From: Blastocystis sp. Blastoise | Taxonomy: Eukaryota > Protista > Bigyra: Opalinata | Length of the DNA: 64,000 bases | Direction of reading: 5' to 3' | NCBI GenBank assembly: GCA_039096225.1 | Contig: JBBPEB010000034.1 | Span: forward strand, 1-64,000 | In this document: one piece after another, positions 55,231 to 64,000 of the stretch | How the letters are laid out: every line of letters starts with the position of its first letter | Numbering within the stretch: position 1 is the stretch's first letter | The notes under the pieces: model-generated | What the model saw: the letters and a program-made list of their open reading frames with translations, nothing else | Databases searched by the model: none | What the model was told of the DNA's origin: nothing | Program-made: the position numbers and the translations under genes

Positions 55231-56149
55231 AATGAATAATGACAACAAGAAGATGAAGAATAAATAGAATAATGATAAGAAAGAATAAATAGATTAATAA
55301 GAGAACAAGAGGATGAATGTGAAGAAGAGACAAGGAAGGAGGTGAAAAAAAGAAAGAAAAGTAAGATAAAGAATAGGAAGAAGATATACAAGAAAATGAA
55401 GAAGAAGAGAAAGAAAAGAAAAGAAGAATAAACAAGAAACATATATAGAGAAACAGAAAGATATAAAGAAATAAAAGAGATAGATAGATAGATAGATAGA
55501 TAGAGAGAAAAAAAATACAAAGATATAAATAGATAGATACACTAATAGATGAATAGAAAGAAAGAAGAAAAGAGAGACATAAAGAAGAAATTAGATAGAA
55601 AGAGATAGAATTCTATATAGAATGAGAGATATACAAAAGAAATCAAATGAAATAGAGAATAAGATAAAAATAGATACAAGAATAAAGATAAAAAGAGAAA
55701 TAGAGGAGTAGGGAAGGTGTATAAAAAAGAAAGAATATAAAGATAGGTAGAGAGGAATTGAGAAGGATAGAGAAGGAGGAGGAAAACAGATAGAATTGGA
55801 AGACGAAGAAAAGAAGATGAGACGAAGAAGGGAGAAAAAAGGAGCAGGAAGTGAATATCAAGAAAGATAAATTTATATAGAAAAAAATTAGAAAGAAAAA
55901 TACATACAAAGAAAACGATAGGGAATGATAGAGAGAATTATAATTTGAATGACATAGAGAGAAGGAGAGACAAAGCAAGATAAAGAAGTATAATAGAAAA
56001 AACAAAGAAGAAAAAAAGAAGAATAAAAAAAGAAAAGATAGAACAATAGTATATGAGAGAAGAAAGAGACAGAAAGAAAACGGGAAATAGGGTAGAGACA
56101 TAGAAGGTAATAAAATATATAGAAGGGGAGAGGGGATTGAGATAAATAA

Positions 56150-56161
56150 ATAGATAGATAT

Positions 56162-56234
<73 letters not shown>

Positions 56235-56238
56235 GATA
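56150..56238. repeat. (GATA)n microsatellite
   Basis: Tandem GATA run; a shorter one lies at ~55478-55503. Confidence 0.92.
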
Positions 56239-59200
56239 GAAGAATACCGAAAGATATAGAGAAGGAGATAAATATTAATAAAAAGGAAAATATGGATAGA
56301 GAGGAGATAGAATCAAACAGAGAAGGAGAAGTAGATAAAAGTCGATTGAGGGAAGAGAGAAGTAGATTAAAATAAAAACAAATAGCAAGAGTTAAAAGGA
56401 AGAAGGGAAGAATATAGAATGATTTGAAGAATGAGATGTATATAGAAGTGAATAGAAGGAAATAGAGAAGGAGAAGTAGATAGAAAAGATTAAAAATAGA
56501 AGGAGATAGAAAGATAAGAGAATGATATAGATACAATAGAATGAGATAGAGAAGATAAAGTAGATAGAAATGGATAGAAATAAGAAAAATAAATAGGATA
56601 AGAGAGAAAGAGAGATAAAAGGATATAAAAGGATATAGAAGGAGAGAAAACGGATTGAGATGTAGTAAGATGGAAGGATGTAGATGGAAATAGAGAAGTA
56701 GATAGAAGATGATGGAGAATAAAGAGGAGATAGAAGAGGAGATAGAAGGAGAAAAAGAAGAAGAGGAAGTAAATTAAGTTAGAAGGAGATATAATAAGAT
56801 AGAGAAGTAGATATACGTAGATATAAGGAAATATACGAAGATATAAGTAGATAAGAGAAAATAGAAGGAAATAGAGAATGAGATTGAGACACATAAATGA
56901 GGTAGAATGAGATAGATAAGGATAGAGAAATATGAAGAGAAATATAGGAATACAGAGAGATAGAATGATGTTGAAAGAGAAAGAAAAGGAAAGACTGAAG
57001 ATTGAGACAGAAGGAGTAGCTGAGATAAAAGGAAGATAGAGAAGGAAATTGAAAGATGAAGGAAGAAGGAGAGAAGATGAAAGAAGAAGAATATAGAAGA
57101 AGATAGAGAATGAGATAATAGGGATAGAAAGAGAAAAATAGGAAAAAAAGATGGTTAGAAGAAAATAGAAAAGGAGAAAGAAGGAGAGATAGAAGGAGAA
57201 ATAGAAGGATATAAAAGAGATTAAGAAAGAAGTTAGAGACAAGAAGATATAGATATATAGAAAGAAATAAAAGGATTAAATAGAAGATTAAGATAGAAGA
57301 AAAGAGACAAAATAGAAGTAGATATAACAATATAGAGAATGAAAGGATAGAAATAAAAATAGAAAATAGATAACTAGAACATAAGAATATATAATAATAG
57401 AGAGAAGGAGAGAGAGAAAAAAAAGTAGATATAAAGTGGAAAAGGAGACATAGAAGGAAATATAAAAGGAAACAAGAAGGTAGAAAGAGACATATAAGAT
57501 AAAATAGACAGGGACAGAGAGAAATAAATGGAAAAAGAATAAGGATAAAGATGGATACGAGAATAGAGAGGGAGAGAAGGAAGATTGAGATAGAATTATA
57601 CAGAAAGAGGAGAGAAGGAAGATAAAGAAGGAAAATAGGGCAGTAAAAAAAAGGGAATCAGAAGGAGGAGAGAAGAAGTATGAGAAGAATAGAAAGAAGG
57701 AAGAGGAGGAAGGCAAATAATAGAAGAGAACTATATATATAATAAATAGTGATATAAATATAAATAAGAAGATGAAGATCTGAAAAAAGCAAAGAATTAT
57801 ATGGAGAAGAAGAAGAAGAAGAAGAGGAAGAGGAAGAAAAGGAGGGTATACACTAATACATGTCGAGGAAAAAGAAGTATAGAATAAGGAGAAGAGGATA
57901 ACAGGATAAAAGAAAAAGACATAACGAAATACAATGTAAATAGAATAGTGATTAAGAAAGAGTAATGAAAGAGTGATATAAAAGGGAAGCGAAGATAAGA
58001 GAGAGGTATAATTAAAAAAAAGAAAAATAAAGGAATTTAGATAGAAGAAAAAATAAAAGAAAAATGAAGATCTGAGGAAGATAATGAATCAAAGGGAGAG
58101 ACAAGGATATAGGCTGGAGACAAGGCATAGGAAGAAGTAATAAAGAAAGAAGATGAAGAAATAAGGAGATAAAAGTGTAGAAGGAAGAAAATGAAGAAGA
58201 GAGAAGAAGGAATCATTTTGTGTAAGAAGAAGAAATAAAGAAGAACTAGATAATAAATAAATAAATAAATAAATAAATAAACATACCTAATAGAAAAAAA
58301 TGAATTTGGTGATGTTGAGTCATAGGGAAAGATAACCAACAGAAACAGTAGAAAACAACCTAAATAAATAAATAATAATAAATAAAAATATAAAAATAAT
58401 GAAAATAAATAATAAAATGAATTAGATTCTAATTTAAGAAAAAACAAAAAGAAAGCTAATAATAGATAGAATGAATATACGATAAGTACTCTATTATATA
58501 ATACTTAAAAATATAACAAAGAAAAAAATTAGAGATAATTATAAAAATAAATAAATACATATATACTTTGAAAGTAGTTTGACATCATAGACGTTGTTGA
58601 CATGGACTGAAGAGGACTCTTATAACCATGGACGAGCAGGAACCTATACATGCTAGAGAATGGGAGAATGTTAATATTGATAAAGAATAAAAAATAGTAA
58701 TATACATACAAGAGAATAATCTGAAGTTAAAATCAACTTCTATTTTTTAAAATAACAGCTAATAAAAATAAAATAAAAATAAAGAAAATAAGTAACAAAT
58801 GAAAATATTTTCTAAGTTAATAGGCTCAATAGCGTATGGGTGTATTCAGGTCTTAAAAGAAAAATCATTTTTGCGGGAATATCAAGAAACTCAAAAAAAG
58901 TATTTTTTCCCTCCTTTTTTCACTGTCACTTTTCTTTAATATTTTTGACTTTTTAGTATTAAAAACGATTCTTACAGGCATGTATAGAGACTCTATACCA
59001 CTTTTGAGACTAAAAATCAAATATTTAAAAATGAGTGAAAATCTTGACTAGCAAGAAAAACAATTATGTGAAGCTGAGTATGTTGTGTATACACATATCT
59101 AACAACAGAGATGATAAAAACACACAACTCCTCTTGGTTTAGGACATAATTATGAATTCTCTCAAAAAAGCTATTTTAAACCTTAAAACGATACCCTGAA

Positions 59201-60123
59201 CTATAAATCAAGTCCTGAATGATATTCTAAAGTCATATTTTTAAAAACAGGTTTAATGACGATAATCAATAAACAAAAACAAGAGCTTCCGTTTTACTTT
59301 TCTTTTTTGAATTTTTAATTGTTTTGACTTTCTAGGGTAGTTGGCTGAAAGAAATGTTGTCGTCTTTAGGCTAAAAAATGATGAATAAAAAAGTCAAGTC
59401 ATTTTATTGTTTTTTCCTTGGGAAATAAAAAAGAAGAAATTTTTAGGTGTGTTTTGGTTTAGGCTGTATAATGGTTTTTATTGTAAAAGGACTTGACGAG
59501 AATGATTGAAATGATAATACATCACTCAGAGAACACACAACTTTAAAAAATTTGTCACTCATGTAATCCATTCCTGAATTATAGACTTCAGAGAAAAAAT
59601 TAAAGTCTTTTTGGTTTTAAACAGTCATTTTAAATCATAAAACACTGTAAAATAGTCAATATTTAGAATGTCTATGATTATATAAATAAACAATATATTT
59701 TGTAGAGTTATTTTTAAGTTTTTCTCGTCAAAAAGAGAGAAACTTGACAAGTTGGCGGACACTCTTTTCTCGAGTTTAGGCCAACGTATTTTTGATTAAA
59801 AAATCCCAGTCATTTTGTTGTTTCTCTTACGGGAAATAGGGTCAAAAAAACACAAAATGTCCATAGTGATAAAAAACAATATTTTTTTATAATCTAATAA
59901 TTATGTACAACATATTCTCACATGACTGTATAGACTTTCTATATGTCACTTGTAAATAATATTTGAATAAAATTCTGATATTAATTACTATATTTCAAGT
60001 CTAAGTGACATAATTTTAAAGGCCATTTATATATTTAATGAAAACAATAAAAATACTTAAAAAATAAGGAATAACATATTTATTATTGAATATAATATAT
60101 ATTTTAAAAAAAATAAAGAAATT

Positions 60124-60990
60124 TCACTTTTTTCTTTTGAGTTCATAATTTACATGATTTTCCTGAATAAATGAAGAATCATTCAATTGTTTTCTATACA
60201 CATTAATTTGTTCATCTGAAATGGGGCGAGCTATATGATATTATGTATTGATATAAAAACTATATTATATATACTGATTGTAATAATAAATTCTTTCAAT
60301 TTAGGAATTTTTCCAGTAGTAATAAAATTGATAAGTTTTAATAATTGTTTCTTATAATAAACATCTATAAAAAAAATAATTTACAATTTTGAGTATTAAT
60401 ATACATATCATTAAACTTCTTAAGTCTTTAGTTTTATTCTTTTTAATACATTTAAATAGCATTTCTACCTCATATTTACTAGTCTCTGGATCTATGTATA
60501 ATAAATAATATATAATATATTTACATATATATACTCTTTGTACCAATAATTGTATCCATATATGACATAGTATCATGTTTTAGTTGAAGAACAGAAGTAT
60601 TAGGATCATAAATGCAATTATCATCATCAAAAGAGAGGGAATCTATACAATGAATTGTAATTAATATGAATTTGATCATTTATATTAACATACAACATAA
60701 TCGAATACTACTTGATGATAAAAAGTGATAATTATGAATATATTTAGATAATTTTTGAATAAGATATCGTGAGAAATTTCTTCTACCAAAATAAACTATA
60801 TATATAGCTAATAAATAATGTTAAAAAAATTATAATTATATGATAGAAAAAAGTGTTACATATATACGCATGATTTATAATATTATATATTATTATTTTT
60901 ATTATATACGAATCCTAATAAATTCTAATCGATGAAAATTATCCGTAGTATATATTTCATAAAAGCTATCATCTAGTGTGTCCTTAATTA
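60124..60990 (-). pseudogene. 5'-truncated paralog of the 23.8-27.6 kb family gene (3' exons only)
   Basis: Exons parallel those at 23.8-24.6 kb (IYTTDNF, YDPNTSVL, FITTGKIPKLKEFII, DSSFIQENHV). There is no room for 5' exons before the next gene ends at 61403. Confidence 0.7.
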
Positions 60991-61253
60991 CTATATATAT
61001 ATATATATATATATTAAATCAACGTCACTATTCAAAAATGATAAATACCCTACTAAAAAACGTATACCAATTCTTTTAAATATCTCCTAATTACAGTATT
61101 CAATTCTTATTTTTTTTTACATCAGAGCAAGTTAAGTTATTAAATAATCAAAACAAAACCATTATAGAAAAACAACAATATATAGAAACAATTGTTGGAA
61201 GTGAATAATAGATTGTATATATATGATAATTTGTTATATTTTAATTCATAATA

Positions 61254-61289
<36 letters not shown>

Positions 61290-61402
61290 AAAAAGATAAA
61301 GAGTATAGCAGTGTATATTTTTAAAGGCATAAAACAAAATTATGGCTTTATAATAATTACAGATTATTTTTTAAAAATACTAAAAAAATTACAAAAAACA
61401 TT

Positions 61403-63752
61403 TTAATATAAAAATGAATAGTGTCTATCAGTAATAGCTTTTTCAGTAACATTATATACTTTATGCATAATAGAGACATAACCTCCATCAATAAAGAATT
61501 GATACATGTCTCTCATAGTTATTTTTATAAATAAATGATCCATATAAGGTAAGGAAAGATTTTTATAAGATGGCTTTGTTTCATAGTTAAAATTACCAGT
61601 AGCATAATTGGATCTATATTTATCAGTATGTGTATCAAAAGTTCTCATATAAAAACGAACACTTTCACTTTGACATTCAATCATATTAGCAGCAGAAAAC
61701 ATAGCATCTTCACCATAAGTAAATGTTTTTTGTTGAAATCTTAATAATACTTTCACATTACTTGGTCGTACCCAGAGGATTTGAGCTACATGATCACAAC
61801 GATCTTTTAATACTATATAAGGAATATCTTGATGTTTTCGATTAAATATTCGACTACGACCACAAAAACGACCCATAATATTCGTATTATTTCTATAATG
61901 ATGATCCGTTAAATTACGATCTTGAATAATAGTCTCTATATTTTCAATAGATTCATCTTTCGATTTCATTTCTATTTTCTTTATATTATTAATTTCTATA
62001 GTATTTGAAATGGAATTATTTCCTATATATTCAGTAAATGGTTTTCCTTGTTGTACAGCATTATAAATAGCATTAGAGATTTGTTTATTTACAGGATATG
62101 AATGAGGAGGAGGAGGAAATATAGAATAAAGATGAGAAGCATTAAAAGGACTATACACTTCTTTATACATTTCTTCTTGTAATTGATTTAATACAAATCG
62201 TTCTCGAATAATATAATCATCATCCATATACATGGCATAATCGACATCAAATAAAGTAGAGAAGAAATATTTACCATGATATTTAGAATTCCAATTACTA
62301 CACCATACATGATATATAGGATTTGCTGTTATATTAAATATACTTGAATCTAATCTCATTAAATCACTATTTTGATATAATAATATAAATTTAGGAACCG
62401 CCCATTGAATTTTAATACTTTTAATTGTTTTTCCTATATAAGGTCGACGATAAACAGCTATATTAACAGCAAGAGTCTTTTCATCTGAAACATAAGGTTT
62501 ACATTTAAATAAATAAGGAATAGTATCATAATGAGGAGCAGATTCTAATATATGTTTATCAAATGAATTATAAGTAAAGAACAAAGAATCTTCTTTTATA
62601 AATATAGGTAAATAATCCATAACATCAATTTCTCCTTTACGAATAGAACTATAAGAATAAAGTTTACGTATAAGAGCTTGAGATGTTAATAAGCATCCAC
62701 TTAGTTTATGTAATGAATTAGAAAAAGTAGAAGATGAACAAGAGAAGAAAGTTAATTCATGATTTTGTATTTGTGTTAATGTAGTATCGATCCATTCAGG
62801 AGTAATTTGTTGTCGTTGAGAATCAGTTAATGTATATTCATCAAGATAAAGAATAAAATCAGCAGGTAAGAAGATAGAATACATAAAAGCAACATGATCG
62901 GATTCATCATAATTTTGTAATACACAAAAAGGAAAAGAAAATGATTTACAAGGATTATCATCATAATCAAGAGATTTCCCTTTCTCATAAGGTGTAAAAC
63001 GTATAATATAAATTTGACTTCTATAAAAATGTTTAGCATATAATAAAGATAAAGATAATATAGATTCAGTAATATTCTTTGCACGAATTACAATAACAAA
63101 TTTTGGAAGTATAGCTAGATTTTTATTACCGAATTGTTTATTAATTTCAGAAGGAAGTGTTCTTGAAGAATTAGTTTGTTTTATAGTAGTAATAGATTCA
63201 ATTGGTTTAATAGAAGTTTCTGATGATGAAGATATTAATGATGATGATGAAGATATTAATGATGATGATGAAGATGGAAGAGAAACCTGTTTTTCAATCA
63301 ATGACTCAGTAACATTTTTTTGAGTAGATACTCTCTCTGATTTAGTATTATTTTGATTCACAGTGTTTGTATTTGCAGTTATATTTGATGAAGACGGTTT
63401 TTCAGGTGGAATGGCAGACATTTGTGGATTAATCAATTCAGAACTTGATGATAAAGACTCTGATATATTATTCTGTATTTTTGAGCTTGATTCATCTTTG
63501 TTTTCATACATTTTTTGCGAAGAAACTAATGATGACAGCTGATCATTTGTTTTATCAGCTAGATACAATATAATTATTTGATACATAAATCATACATTGT
63601 AACCTATTGATCATACTTTTGAACTGATCTATCGAAAAAGAATCACTATTTCTGATAATTGTTGATGCAAAAGGTGAAAAAATGTTTATCAGCCTTGGTA
63701 GAAAAACAGCTGGTATACATACTAAAATGAAAATTAAAAAACAGATTTTCAT
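61403..63752 (-). CDS. Type II membrane GT-A-fold glycosyltransferase-like protein (2 exons)
   Basis: N-terminal anchor MKICFLIFILVCIPAVFL; a short GT-AG intron (~63595-63561) joins the two ORFs in frame; Ser-rich stem; AVNIAVYRRPYI...IQWAVPKFILL and DxD motif MYMDDDYI; an upstream degenerate GT-like segment (ADFILYLDE). Confidence 0.72.
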
Positions 63753-64000
63753 TCTTTATCAATAGAAGACAAGCTTATAAATTAATATAATAAATTTCAA
63801 AGTGAAAAAGACTATGAATGTCCCCTTCGGAGTTGTAAGTAAACTCAAGTCTTTTCATTGGTTCTTTGAATCTGACTATTTGCTGTTTCACCTCATTTTT
63901 ATTTTTTGACGATAATTTTTTTTTGGAAAATGAAGAAAATAACCGAAGAAATCAGATTAACCATGAGTATAAGAAACACTCAATCTGTTATTATTTTTTT

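Larger units (their letters stand above)
54420..58250. repeat. ~3.8-kb polypurine (GA-rich) / polypyrimidine low-complexity tract
   Basis: The + strand is dominated by A and G with very few C. Confidence 0.92.
51320..59868. mobile_element. Non-autonomous CACTA (En/Spm)-type TIR element, 8,549 bp
   Basis: Perfect 15-bp TIRs CACTATGGACATTTT (51320-51334) and AAAATGTCCATAGTG (59854-59868); 3-bp TSD ATA on both sides; subterminal tandem repeats; no transposase ORF recognised. Confidence 0.85.

Noticed and set aside
54414-58447. Many overlapping Phe/Leu/Ser-rich minus-strand ORFs resembling membrane proteins
   Set aside because: Stops are scarce because the strand is nearly all pyrimidine; ORFs are open in all three frames and have no motifs.

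Overview
Left end of a very AT-rich eukaryotic chromosome, starting with a (CCCTAA)n telomere. Short TA-rich introns, AT-AC minor introns, BTB/TLDc genes and TGTTT motifs just after stop codons suggest a Blastocystis-like stramenopile (inference only). In order: telomere and ~88-bp subtelomeric repeats; a phased 11-bp array upstream of a large intron-rich tyrosine recombinase (YR) gene (8.1-15.0 kb) with a possible inactive Ulp1-like C-terminus; several decayed genes and an intact BTB-TLDc gene; a giant (~20.6 kb) surface-protein gene with signal peptide, fibro-slime/PA14 domain, filamin/Ig-like repeats, Cys-rich repeats, a TM helix and a cytosolic tail; an 8.5-kb non-autonomous CACTA-type element carrying a tRNA-like cloverleaf and a ~3.8-kb polypurine tract; a truncated paralog fragment; and a GT-A glycosyltransferase-like gene. 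The giant gene carries six U12-type AT-AC introns. The most notable observation is an intact ~2-kb Crypton-like YR element inserted exactly at the 3' AC splice site of one of them, duplicating it (TACT...TACT). Excision or distal minor-spliceosome splicing restores the full membrane protein, while the proximal acceptor gives a truncated product. All gene models were assembled by eye and need RNA-seq confirmation.
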